Origin: a virus
Virus record (IMG/VR): IMGVR_UViG_3300009144_000037
Strand: one strand, 5' to 3'
DNA length: 64,000 nucleotides
Both the position numbers and the translations under genes were made by a program. The notes under the pieces were generated by a model, which worked only from the letters and a program-made list of their open reading frames with translations, was not told the DNA's origin and ran no database searches. This document shows, one piece after another, positions 54,456-63,304 of the stretch (positions within the stretch are counted from its first letter, which is position 1; the number at the start of each line of letters is the position of its first letter).

Positions 54456-54625
54456 GATCGTCTCCGCAGGAACAGCGCGAGGCAGCGGCGGGTAAGCGGG
54501 TCGGAGTTGATCCGGCCATCGGCGATCAGCTTCAGGCGGCCGGAGAGGTCGTCGCGCCGCGCGGTCGGCGAGAGCCGATGGTGGATGCGCAACAGACCGA
54601 AGAAGGACTTGGTGTCGAGGATCAT
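54452..54625 (-). CDS. Small hypothetical protein (57 aa, MILDTKSFFGLLRIHHRL...)
   Basis: 4-nt overlaps at both ends; below the ORF-track cutoff. Confidence 0.6.
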   Translation of the reverse strand: MILDTKSFFGLLRIHHRLSPTARRDDLSGRLKLIADGRINSDPLTRRCLALFLRRRS

Positions 54626-55083
54626 GCGGCTAAGGCTCCGTCAGGAGGACACATGAGATCCTCGATAGAGGTCCCCAGTATCGTCGAGATCTTTCGGATC
54701 TCAGTCATGGTGAAGTCGTGGTATCCCTGCTCCATGGCGGACAGGGTTACTCGGTTCGAGAAGTCGAAGTGGGCGGCGAACTCGCTGAGCGTCATGTGCT
54801 CGGAGAGGCGAAGCTTCACCAGCTTGCGTCCGATACGGATGTGCTCAGCACTGATGGCCTGCCGCTCGGAGAAGGGCCGGTGGTAGGCGTCGGTCGAAGC
54901 GGCGCCGCGCGTCGCACGAGCCTTCTCCATCCGCGCCCGCTGCTCGGGCGTGAACCCCTGCACGATGCGGTTGAAGTAGACCCGGACCGTGGACGGCGAG
55001 AGCTTTGGCAGCTCTCGGGCCGCCTCTTGGTGGGAGAGGCCCGCGAGGGCCAGATCCCGGATGCGGGAGTCTGTGGCGTTCAT
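54622..55083 (-). CDS. Two-HTH transcriptional regulator (N-terminal HTH plus XRE-type HTH)
   Basis: GLSHQEAARELPKLSPSTVRVY and IGRKL..LR...MTLSEFA...LSAMEQG...I.KISTILG.S. Confidence 0.8.
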   Translation of the reverse strand: MNATDSRIRDLALAGLSHQEAARELPKLSPSTVRVYFNRIVQGFTPEQRARMEKARATRGAASTDAYHRPFSERQAISAEHIRIGRKLVKLRLSEHMTLSEFAAHFDFSNRVTLSAMEQGYHDFTMTEIRKISTILGTSIEDLMCPPDGALAA

Positions 55084-55739
55084 GCGTCGGTGAGCCTCCG
55101 ATCGATCATGCGACGACGTGAGCCGTGCGCCGGGAAGCCGACGATCACGCCGCGTGGCCGGGGCCGGGAGCAGAGGTTGCAGGTCGAGCATGTCACCCGA
55201 TCGCTGAAGGTGGCCGGGCACACGGCCACCTCGCGGCCGCTGGGTGTGTGCGTCGGCCGGCGGCCGTGATCGGACGGCAGCACGGTGACGACGCTCATGT
55301 CAGGCGCAGCGTCGAGCACGGCGTCGGCCTCCGCGAGGCTGTCGGTCGAGACGTTGATGTGCATGCCGAGCGCCCCGGCCTTGCGGTACGTATCGTACCT
55401 ACGACCATGGGTAAAGACGATCGCCTCCCGGCCGCCGTTGGCGCGGGCCAGGGCGACCACATCGGCGGGCTCGGGCGGCAGGTCGCCGGCCGTGCCGTAG
55501 CGCCAGCGGATCCGCTTGGGCAACGCGCGGATAAGGTGCAGCAGCTGCTCGAACGTGACCTGGTTCGGAGCGTCGCCCGCGGTGAGCTTGCGCCAGAAGA
55601 TCGAGGCCGGACCGTGCTCGGCGTAGCAGCCGGCGCCGCGGAGCGCACAGGTCGAGGGGCATGTGGCCTGTGAGGCCATGACGGCGGGCATGGGTCCGAG
55701 CTTGCGATTGGTGGACACGCGGCGGAAGTGGAACATCAT
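55080..55739 (-). CDS. Cys-rich Fe-S/radical-SAM-like phage protein (GP88/DUF7227-like)
   Basis: N.KLGP, TCPSTC...GCYA..GP, RY..AGD, FTH, INVS.D, CPA...CSTC.LC, FPAHG. Confidence 0.7.
   Translation of the reverse strand: MMFHFRRVSTNRKLGPMPAVMASQATCPSTCALRGAGCYAEHGPASIFWRKLTAGDAPNQVTFEQLLHLIRALPKRIRWRYGTAGDLPPEPADVVALARANGGREAIVFTHGRRYDTYRKAGALGMHINVSTDSLAEADAVLDAAPDMSVVTVLPSDHGRRPTHTPSGREVAVCPATFSDRVTCSTCNLCSRPRPRGVIVGFPAHGSRRRMIDRRLTDA
55385..55399. promoter_or_regulatory. Box A GGTACG-TAT-CGTACC inside the Fe-S protein gene
   Basis: Perfect palindrome. Confidence 0.75.
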
Positions 55740-55761
55740 GGCATATCCTCGGCGGGTTGTC

Positions 55762-55776
55762 GGTACGAAACGTACC
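55762..55776. promoter_or_regulatory. Box A GGTACG-AAA-CGTACC upstream of the Fe-S/HTH operon
   Basis: Perfect palindrome. Confidence 0.8.
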
Positions 55777-55783
55777 GAGTTGT

Positions 55784-56104
55784 TCAGGCAGCAAGATCCA
55801 GCGGCTCCGACGCGGAGAGCGTCCTCTCGGTGGGCAGGTCGACGGTGGCGAGCCGGCGCTCGACCGTGAGCGTGACGGCGGCCAGGGTGAAGATGGCCAT
55901 GGTGGCGCCGCAGGGGAGCACGGCTTCGCCGAGGCCGTTCAGGAGCTGCGACGGCCCATGGATCAGGTAGCTGTCGCAGTAGATCGGCTTGCCGTGCTTG
56001 CCTCGGGTCACCCGGACGGCGGGCTTGCGCAGCTCCCGTGGGAGCTTCCGGTTCTCGGCCACGATATGGCGGTTCATCACGATGTAGATCGGAGGCTGTT
56101 TCAT
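55784..56104 (-). CDS. Hypothetical protein
   Basis: Coupled ORF. Confidence 0.65.
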   Translation of the reverse strand: MKQPPIYIVMNRHIVAENRKLPRELRKPAVRVTRGKHGKPIYCDSYLIHGPSQLLNGLGEAVLPCGATMAIFTLAAVTLTVERRLATVDLPTERTLSASEPLDLAA

Positions 56105-56580
56105 GATTGAGCCTCCTTGGCTCCCATGCCTCGCATGAGCGAGAGGTCCTCTCGCTCAGCGGCCTGCTTGGCGTAGATGTCGATGTTGCGCTTCGAGATC
56201 TCCTCGCGAGCCTCGAGCGACTTGAGCGCCTCCTTCTTCATGTCCTCGAACATGGTCTCCATCTGGGACCGAAGATGTTCGTCGATCGTCTGGCGCGCGA
56301 TGGATCGCCCGAACTGATCCAGTTGCTCCTTGACGAGGGTGACGATGATCGCGCGCGTGGCGCCGTTCATGTGGCCATACTTGTTGCCAATGTCGTTCAG
56401 CTGCCGGTTCACGGCCTGCTGGACGGCGTCGCCCAGCTTACCGGCGCGCTCCTCGACCTTCCGAGCGAGAATGCCGGCGAGCTGCGGCACGGCCTGGTCG
56501 AGCAGCTGGATTTCGATCTCGGGCTTGGTGGCGATAAGGCTCTGAAGTTCGGCGAGGCCGATGACGATCTTGGTGGTCAT
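56101..56580 (-). CDS. Hypothetical coiled-coil protein
   Basis: ATG after GGAGA. Confidence 0.7.
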   Translation of the reverse strand: MTTKIVIGLAELQSLIATKPEIEIQLLDQAVPQLAGILARKVEERAGKLGDAVQQAVNRQLNDIGNKYGHMNGATRAIIVTLVKEQLDQFGRSIARQTIDEHLRSQMETMFEDMKKEALKSLEAREEISKRNIDIYAKQAAEREDLSLMRGMGAKEAQS

Positions 56581-56600
56581 AAGGATCTCCCAGTTGTTGA

Positions 56601-56628
56601 CGGGCTCGGGGAGCGGTCCCCGAGCCCG
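56601..56628. repeat. Perfect 12-bp hairpin without U-tract
   Basis: CGGGCTCGGGGA-gcgg-TCCCCGAGCCCG. Confidence 0.85.
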
Positions 56629-56677
56629 GGAGCGAGGATCACAACTCGTTCCTGCAGGACGTAGAACCGCCCCGCAT

Positions 56678-56956
56678 TCACCCGTCCCTGGCAGGAACGG
56701 ATGAAGTGTCCGCCGCCGAGCTTGCCCCGGAACGGCGCTGTCTCGAGCGCTGCTCGATCCAGCCGGTGATCTCGCCTGTCACGCGCTTCACGATGCTGTT
56801 ATGGACAGATCGTCGATGGACGTTGTTGGCGAGATATTCGGGATGTGCCTTGAAGCATTCGTAGATCGCGCCTTCGGTCAGGCGCCAGATCTGACCATAG
56901 AGTGCGTTCGTTCGCTTCTCAAACTTGATGCGTCTGCGCTTAGGCTTATTTGACAT
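56678..56956 (-). CDS. Hypothetical basic protein
   Basis: ATG 56956 (ORF track starts at 56980). Confidence 0.6.
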   Translation of the reverse strand: MSNKPKRRRIKFEKRTNALYGQIWRLTEGAIYECFKAHPEYLANNVHRRSVHNSIVKRVTGEITGWIEQRSRQRRSGASSAADTSSVPARDG

Positions 56957-57007
56957 ATGGCTACACCAAATATTTGACACCTATCAGAAAGCGCACTGAC
57001 GAAATCA

Positions 57008-57865
57008 TCAAGTGTCCAGACCAAGCACTTGAATGCTAGCTTGTTTGACCATTACGCCACCACCTCGACCTATCCTGTATTTTTTATTCCTTCTCCAAGT
57101 CTCGTAGCATGATAGTGCTTTATAAAACAGTTCGAGGTTACGCTTGCTCTGACTGGAAGTTATCGCAAGAGAAGTACACAAGTAATGTAGCGCTTGAACG
57201 CCGTCACAATACGTAGGGGTTTTCACGCCGGCATTTTGATTAAGAGAATTGAAGAACTCGAGAGCACTTTGACCTTTTTTATGCAGAAGAATTAAAGCAG
57301 CAGCCAGAATAGGCGCTTTGAATATTCTCGCAGATGGGTTGATACTATCGATAGCCGCAATGGCTGACCCAAGAATTTGAACCTTAACGTAAACGTCTTT
57401 TCCAAAAACCTGATCCAACATGTTCAATGCACTAGTCCATTGATACTTCGCCATCAGATTACTATTTAGCACAATGCCCGCCTGTCGAATTGCTCCGGCC
57501 AAACGATCGCTTGTGCTTTCAGCCGCGTTTTTATTGTCGAAGCAATCGTATAGGTCGAGAAGCGCTTTTTTCGTATTACACTTATAGACGTCGGCGTGGA
57601 TTAGCTTCGGAGCTGAAAGCTTTCCCTCCGACCAAAGTAGATTTCTGGTGTGACCATCGACCTTGTAAAATGTCCCCTCGAACTCTGCTATAGCTACCCG
57701 CATTTGTGTGTCGGACGTATTCGCAAGATGCCGTTTAATTGAATATTCAGCGTGACGCTTTGTATCTCGCTGGCGGGGATGATCCATCATCGCTTGAAAG
57801 GAGGACAGCGGCATCGTCTGCATGCCCTGGAAGGATGCGACGTCTGATTGCTGAATGACGGACAT
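57008..57865 (-). CDS. Low-GC ParB/Srx- or DGQHR-like domain protein
   Basis: HPRQRD and YKVDGHTR motifs; two sampled 60-nt rows are 35% and 42% GC against a visibly much higher background. Confidence 0.6.
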   Translation of the reverse strand: MSVIQQSDVASFQGMQTMPLSSFQAMMDHPRQRDTKRHAEYSIKRHLANTSDTQMRVAIAEFEGTFYKVDGHTRNLLWSEGKLSAPKLIHADVYKCNTKKALLDLYDCFDNKNAAESTSDRLAGAIRQAGIVLNSNLMAKYQWTSALNMLDQVFGKDVYVKVQILGSAIAAIDSINPSARIFKAPILAAALILLHKKGQSALEFFNSLNQNAGVKTPTYCDGVQALHYLCTSLAITSSQSKRNLELFYKALSCYETWRRNKKYRIGRGGGVMVKQASIQVLGLDT

Positions 57866-57868
57866 AGC

Positions 57869-58465
57869 TCAGATCTCCTCAAAGCGAGGCGAGGCCATCT
57901 CATCCGGGAACCGGACGAAGGTCTGGCCGTGTGCGTTGCGGTATACGGTGACAGGGTCACCATCGATGATGGGGCGCCAGTCGCAGCCCGGGTTAAAGTT
58001 GCTGGCCTGGAACAGCGCCTTCCCGGCAATGACCGCGTAGTCGGTGTCGCGCTTGGTGTGGTGGACGCGGCGCTCGCCGGAGGCGAAATTGATGGCGTCC
58101 ACGATGCGGTCGCGCAGGGCTTCCTGCGCGGCCCGGCCGCCGGCGATGCCCTGGAGCCTGAGCTGGCCAACGCAGGCACCGCGCTCGTCGCAGAGCATGA
58201 TGCCGGTCCCGACGATCGAGCTATAAGCGACGGCACGCGCCGTGACACGGGGTTCGGGGAGTGCTTCCATCTCGTCCGCCCCGACGCAGACGATGATCGA
58301 GCTGTCATCGCCCGGCGGGCCGACCACGACGTGGTAGAAGCCACGCTCGTCGACTTGGTCGATGAAGCCAGCGACCCCCGGCGGGAAGCAGATCTCCCGG
58401 TCCTCGGCCGTGGCGCCCTCACATGCGAGGAGCATGCGGACGCGCTGCCCTGCCTTGAAAGCCAT
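57869..58465 (-). CDS. Mosaic hypothetical protein (SH3-like N-terminus; C-terminal H.KR...Y..I...V.VYR module)
   Basis: ATG 58465 after GAGGA. Confidence 0.6.
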   Translation of the reverse strand: MAFKAGQRVRMLLACEGATAEDREICFPPGVAGFIDQVDERGFYHVVVGPPGDDSSIIVCVGADEMEALPEPRVTARAVAYSSIVGTGIMLCDERGACVGQLRLQGIAGGRAAQEALRDRIVDAINFASGERRVHHTKRDTDYAVIAGKALFQASNFNPGCDWRPIIDGDPVTVYRNAHGQTFVRFPDEMASPRFEEI

Positions 58466-58524
58466 TTGATCCTCGCGTGTTTTCGGTGTGGAAGTCCCGG
58501 GGCAAGTGCCCCGGGTGGTCGCGG

Positions 58525-60189
58525 TCAGGCCTTGGGCTCGACAGCCGTCACGAAGTGCACATCGACCCACCACGGGCCGTAGCTGGTACGAACCTGGATC
58601 TGCGGCGTGTCCCAAGTCAGACCCATATCGATGACCTCGAGCCAGGCGGCCGGGGCAATATCGTGGCCGGTGATGTAGACCCGGCCGCCGATCTCGGCGC
58701 GCATCCAGGGACGCGGCGTCACGGCGCCGTAGCGGGCCCGGGTAATTACCTGGGTGCCGTCATGCTCGGTCTGCACCATCACGCCGATGTCGTTGGAGAC
58801 GATCACCGGGTAGATGCCGGCCGGCGGCCAGCCGGGGCCAGTCGCCTCGACGAGGTCGCCGGGCTGCGGCTGGTAGGGCTCGGTCTCGACGGCCGGCTCG
58901 AGCTGCTCGACGTCATCCTCGACGTCCTGGGCCACGACAGACTCGGGCAGCGGAAACAGCTGCTTGCCGTCCTCGTCCGAGACCACGGTGATATGCTGGT
59001 TCTGGACCGGCACCCGGGTCTGCTCGTCGTCATTCAGCTCGATCTCGAAGACAACGTCGGTGGGCACGTCCTGCGCACCGTCGCCATTCTCCTCGAGACC
59101 AGCGATGACGTAGCGGCCATCACGCAGCCGGGGGTGATCCGTGATCGTGACGGTGCAGCCCTCGTAGGCGAGCATCGCGGCCGTGACCCGCTCCCGCGGG
59201 ATGATCTCGACGAAGTCGGTGTCCGAGACCCAGCAGTCGCTGCCATCGGTACCGGTCACACGAACCCGGATCGTGTCCTCCTCGTCGATCCCGACAACTA
59301 GGCCGACGAATGCCACGTCATAATCTCGATAGGAGATGACGTCGCCGACCTTGACGCTCTCGTAGGGCGTGAGCGCGATGTTCGCGTCCGCCTGCTCCTC
59401 GGCGGCCGGCACCTCGGGCAGGCGGCTGCGCGGGGTCAGCACGGGGCGGCCGAGGATGGTGCCGGCGTAGACGTCGTCCAGCTCGTCGATCACCTCGTAG
59501 GCGCAGATCCGCATCTTGGTGCCGTTGTAGCTGTGGGGCACGGAGACGACGTCGTGCGGCCAGACGGCGATGAGCATGACGCGACGGCCGGTGGTGCCGA
59601 GGCTGAAGTCGCTGACGTAGCCGGGCGTGCCGACGTGGAGGCCGGTCGAGCAGCAGGCGTTCGGGTCGGCGTTGACCTGGGTCCGCGGCATGAAGGGCGT
59701 GTCGCCGATCATGTTGCGGAACGTCTTGCCGGTGTGGATGTCGAAGTAGTCCTCCTTGACCGCCTTGTAGGCGATGAAGCGGCCGTCCTCGAGGAAGCCG
59801 AGGCCCGACTTCTCCAGGAACACCGGCAGGCGCTCGATCGCCTCCGGGGTCGGGTTCAGGACGAGCGAGCCGAGCGCGTTGAAGAGCGGCGTGAAGGGCT
59901 CGCTGGCCGCGCGGAACTGCTTGATCTTGTCGACCCAGAGCCCGTGCAGGACCTGGCCGCGGTAGACGAGGTCGGCGCCGATGATCTGGAGGGCGCCGTG
60001 GCTGTCGCGCAGCAGGGCCTGGCGGGCGTCGACCATCTCGATCAGCCGCTGGACGGGGTGCGCCCCGGGCTGCTGCAGGAGGTCCTTCGCGGCGAGGAAG
60101 TGCTCATGGTCCTTCGTGATCGAGTAGGGCTTGCCCTTCACGAAGAAGGTCAGGGACTGGTTCGAGATCGTGTGGGGAAGACGAGACAT
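58525..60189 (-). CDS. rIIB: rIIB-like protein with an extended C-terminus
   Basis: L.LNP, F.EDG.FIAYKAV..DY.DIHTG, V..DPN..CSTGLHVG, P.DVVSVP..Y...KMR.C.YEV. Confidence 0.88.
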   Translation of the reverse strand: MSRLPHTISNQSLTFFVKGKPYSITKDHEHFLAAKDLLQQPGAHPVQRLIEMVDARQALLRDSHGALQIIGADLVYRGQVLHGLWVDKIKQFRAASEPFTPLFNALGSLVLNPTPEAIERLPVFLEKSGLGFLEDGRFIAYKAVKEDYFDIHTGKTFRNMIGDTPFMPRTQVNADPNACCSTGLHVGTPGYVSDFSLGTTGRRVMLIAVWPHDVVSVPHSYNGTKMRICAYEVIDELDDVYAGTILGRPVLTPRSRLPEVPAAEEQADANIALTPYESVKVGDVISYRDYDVAFVGLVVGIDEEDTIRVRVTGTDGSDCWVSDTDFVEIIPRERVTAAMLAYEGCTVTITDHPRLRDGRYVIAGLEENGDGAQDVPTDVVFEIELNDDEQTRVPVQNQHITVVSDEDGKQLFPLPESVVAQDVEDDVEQLEPAVETEPYQPQPGDLVEATGPGWPPAGIYPVIVSNDIGVMVQTEHDGTQVITRARYGAVTPRPWMRAEIGGRVYITGHDIAPAAWLEVIDMGLTWDTPQIQVRTSYGPWWVDVHFVTAVEPKA

Positions 60190-60208
60190 CGTTGTATCCT
60201 CGTGGTCT

Positions 60209-60223
60209 GGTACGAAACGTACC
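60209..60223. promoter_or_regulatory. Box A GGTACG-AAA-CGTACC upstream of rIIB
   Basis: Perfect palindrome. Confidence 0.8.
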
Positions 60224-60268
60224 TCTGATGATGGGCGCAACTGTCCCATGGGACAGTTGCTTCAGCGA

Positions 60269-62389
60269 TTACTTGGCGAGCAGCGCGAAGTAGTGGTCGA
60301 GACGGCGCTGCTCTTCCTTGGACGGCTTCGTGTCGTAGTAGCTGCGGCACATCTTATCGATGAGCAGCTCGAGCAGGGGAGCCTGCTCGAGGAGTGCGTC
60401 CCAACGATCGTTGATGGGCTGTGTCGGATCTTTGGCGACCGACTTGACGTCGGTGCCCGTAATCTTGAGGTTGAGCGCGGCGAGCTTGTCGTGCTCGTTC
60501 TCCGCGCGGTCGAGCCCGTCGCGGGTCTGCAGCATCGCGAGCATCTCGTAGTAGATGTCGCGCATCTCCTGCGGCGCCGTGCCGATGTCGATGTTCTTGT
60601 CCCTGATCTTGATCAGCTCGCTGGGGAAGCTGCTCTCGCTCCAGGGGATCGTGGGAGCGACCTGCATCGGATCGAGCGCCGCGTCGATCAGCTCGGCGAA
60701 GTAGTCCGCCACGTGGATCCAGTGCGGCCGGACCTCGGTCTTGCTGTCCACGACGACGAGGTTGAAGTCGTCGGGGAGAAGACCGTGCTGACACATCTCC
60801 TCGCAGTAGCTGGCGAACCGGGACGCTGCCCACGACCGTGCCTTATCTTCGTAGCGAGAGGAGATGGTCCGGCGGCTCCCGCGGCCGTCGAGCGTGCAGT
60901 AGACCAGCTCCTCGTCGGTATCGAGCAGCTCGGTGTGGGTTCGATTGCCGCCACTGTTGCGGCTCAGGACCTTGAGCCGCTTCACGCTCTCGGGGCGCTG
61001 CTCGCGCTGGCCCTTCTGACGCGGCGGGAGCTTGATGTCGTCGAGCACGACGTAGTCAGGGCGACCCATCCGGTCGAGCGCGTAGTCGAGGTCGGCCCGC
61101 TTGACCCGGACCCAGAGGCAGGGCGTGTCCATGAGCCCGGCCGCCTCGAACCGCTCGAGCGAGCGGCTGGTGGCGTGCTGGATCACGACGACGCGGCCCT
61201 CGACCTCGCCGGGGTTCACGCTCCAGTCGGCCTTGAACGTGAGCGGGATCAGATGCGCCCCGGCGTCCCGGCGCCGGACACGGTCCATGTCGGGCCAGCA
61301 GCAGGCCTTCACGCGGCCCTGCTCGGGGAACAGGTTGTCGTAGAAGCTGAAGCCGCGCCAGCCGATCTCACGGACCATCAGCCAGCCATTCTGGCCGAGG
61401 GATCGGCTGATGTCGTCGGCCTTCCAGCGAGCCCGGAAGTAGGTCGGCTCGACGTCGACCGCCGCGTGGGCCTTCTGCATCCAGTCCTGGTCGTAGTGCT
61501 CGAAGAGCGCGCGGAGCCCGGCTTCGGTGCGGTCGTCGTACTGCAGCGCCTCGCGGCTCGCCGAGACGGAGATCGAGCCGATCTTGGCCTTGAAGACGAT
61601 GCAGGTGTTGCTCTCGAGCAGGCGCGAGGCACGCGGCGCCAGACCCCAGTTGACCGGGTACATGACCGGGCCGAGCTGAACCTGCGGACCGGAGAACGGT
61701 ACGGTCTCGTTGCGATAGACCGTCCAGCCGTCGCCCTGGTGCAGCACCTTGGGCTGTCCGAAGTCGATCGCCGGGGTGATCACGGGCTTGGGCTCGAAGG
61801 ACCAGTAGACCGCCTCGGCGTGCTCGTGGAAGCGGTCGATGTCCCCCTCGCGGACGAGGAACGTGATCTCCAGGCCGGTGCCGCGGTCCTCAGGCTCGAG
61901 CACCCACTCGCCCATGAACTGGATCTCGATCTTGCCGGTCGCGTTCACGCCGATGACGTAGACCCGGCGGAAGCCGCGGTGCCGGCTGATCACGGTGAAG
62001 GAGCCGGCGCCATCCGAGCGCATGAGGTAGGCGAGCGCCGCCTTCGAGCCGAAGCCCCAGCCGCCGACCGCGTCGTCGTCGCCGTCCTTGGTGCTCTCGC
62101 CGATCTTGGCGTAGCTCTTCATCGCGAACTTGTGGCTGATGCCGGGGCCGAAGTCGCGGATCGTGAACTGCGGGTTGAAGGTCGTCGGCAGCTCGACCTC
62201 GAAGGGCTTGCCGGCGGGCGAGACCTCCCAGGCGTTGGTGGCGTACTCGCGGACGGGGTACACGACCTTGTCCGACACCATGCCGGTGAGCAGGGCGTAG
62301 ACGATCTTGGCATCACCGCCGACGCCGGTCTGCTGGACCTGCATCGCGCCTTCGGTGGCGTTCTCCTGGATGGCGTGTACCATACGCAT
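60269..62389 (-). CDS. rIIA: rIIA-like protein (GHKL/HATPase N-terminus)
   Basis: VREYATNAWE, IRDFGPGI, STK......GGWGFGSK; adjacent to rIIB. Confidence 0.9.
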   Translation of the reverse strand: MRMVHAIQENATEGAMQVQQTGVGGDAKIVYALLTGMVSDKVVYPVREYATNAWEVSPAGKPFEVELPTTFNPQFTIRDFGPGISHKFAMKSYAKIGESTKDGDDDAVGGWGFGSKAALAYLMRSDGAGSFTVISRHRGFRRVYVIGVNATGKIEIQFMGEWVLEPEDRGTGLEITFLVREGDIDRFHEHAEAVYWSFEPKPVITPAIDFGQPKVLHQGDGWTVYRNETVPFSGPQVQLGPVMYPVNWGLAPRASRLLESNTCIVFKAKIGSISVSASREALQYDDRTEAGLRALFEHYDQDWMQKAHAAVDVEPTYFRARWKADDISRSLGQNGWLMVREIGWRGFSFYDNLFPEQGRVKACCWPDMDRVRRRDAGAHLIPLTFKADWSVNPGEVEGRVVVIQHATSRSLERFEAAGLMDTPCLWVRVKRADLDYALDRMGRPDYVVLDDIKLPPRQKGQREQRPESVKRLKVLSRNSGGNRTHTELLDTDEELVYCTLDGRGSRRTISSRYEDKARSWAASRFASYCEEMCQHGLLPDDFNLVVVDSKTEVRPHWIHVADYFAELIDAALDPMQVAPTIPWSESSFPSELIKIRDKNIDIGTAPQEMRDIYYEMLAMLQTRDGLDRAENEHDKLAALNLKITGTDVKSVAKDPTQPINDRWDALLEQAPLLELLIDKMCRSYYDTKPSKEEQRRLDHYFALLAK

Positions 62390-62413
62390 CGGTGTTCTCC
62401 TCGGAGGGTTGCT

Positions 62414-62428
62414 GGTACGATACGTACC
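62414..62428. promoter_or_regulatory. Box A GGTACG-ATA-CGTACC upstream of rIIA
   Basis: Perfect palindrome. Confidence 0.8.
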
Positions 62429-62478
62429 AGGACATTGCAGCAAACGGCAAGCCTTTTCTAGACCTACCATAGAATTAG

Positions 62479-62727
62479 TTAGTTGCTATTACTGGAGCAA
62501 AGCTTCGCCCGCCGCGACTTCAGCTCACGAAGAGCGAGGTTGCGGTAGTGTAGTGCTTGCTGCTGGGCTCTCGGTGCTTCGGGGGCAGCAGCTCCCGAAG
62601 CAGTCAGCTCGCTGATGTCACGAGCGAAGCGGCGGATCAGGGCATCACACTCGCCCAGCTCGACGATATCGGCTGCGGTGCGGGTGCGAGCGCTATCCAC
62701 CCAGATCGGCTGGCGACGGTTACCCAA
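62479..62727 (-). CDS. Hypothetical protein
   Basis: ORF track; start uncertain (TTG). Confidence 0.5.
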   Translation of the reverse strand: MGNRRQPIWVDSARTRTAADIVELGECDALIRRFARDISELTASGAAAPEAPRAQQQALHYRNLALRELKSRRAKLCSSNSN

Positions 62728-63289
62728 GCCCCTCCCCTTCCCTGTACTCGACCGGCACGACAGCCCGGACGCCGCGCAAGTTGGCGCGAGCCTCGGCCTC
62801 GGTGTCGAACATATAGAGGAAGAGTCCGCGCTCCGCAGGGTACTCCTTGCCGCCGACGACCTGCTTGCCCTCCTCGTTGAGCTTGCGGTCGTAGATCCGC
62901 AGCCAGCGGGTGACGGTGGGGTTCACCTCGACGACATCGCCCGGGTGATCGCCCTTGCTCGCCGGGTGGCGCCCGGCCTTGGTGCGGGCTCCGGTGATGA
63001 AGCTGCCGTCTTCCGCATGGATGCGGACATGCAGACAGAACTCGCTCCCGGAGCCGTCGTCGAACTTGAGGATGTCGACCGGACGCCCGCTGCGGGTCTG
63101 GTACTTGCTGTCGGGGCGCAACGAGCGCGGGGTGAAGCCGCTGTCGCTGGAGAGGTCGATCTCCTCACCGTTGACGACGAACTTCGGCGCCTCGCGCAGA
63201 GCAGCGAGAGCCTGGCCGGCAGCGGCGTAGGCGTTCGCAGCGAAGACATCCGTCTGGTACTGGACATTGAAGGCTGGCAACGTGGTCAT
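62720..63289 (-). CDS. Hypothetical protein
   Basis: ATG after GAGGAG; YQTRSGRPV.I motif. Confidence 0.7.
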   Translation of the reverse strand: MTTLPAFNVQYQTDVFAANAYAAAGQALAALREAPKFVVNGEEIDLSSDSGFTPRSLRPDSKYQTRSGRPVDILKFDDGSGSEFCLHVRIHAEDGSFITGARTKAGRHPASKGDHPGDVVEVNPTVTRWLRIYDRKLNEEGKQVVGGKEYPAERGLFLYMFDTEAEARANLRGVRAVVPVEYREGEGLG

Positions 63290-63304
63290 ACTGATGTTCT
63301 CCTC

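Noticed and set aside
21156-61712. Isolated GGTACG or CGTACC half-sites (e.g. ~21156, ~23891, ~25515, ~58585, ~61698)
   Set aside because: No second half-site at 3-nt spacing; consistent with chance
60131-62461. 776-aa + strand ORF
   Set aside because: Antisense shadow of rIIA
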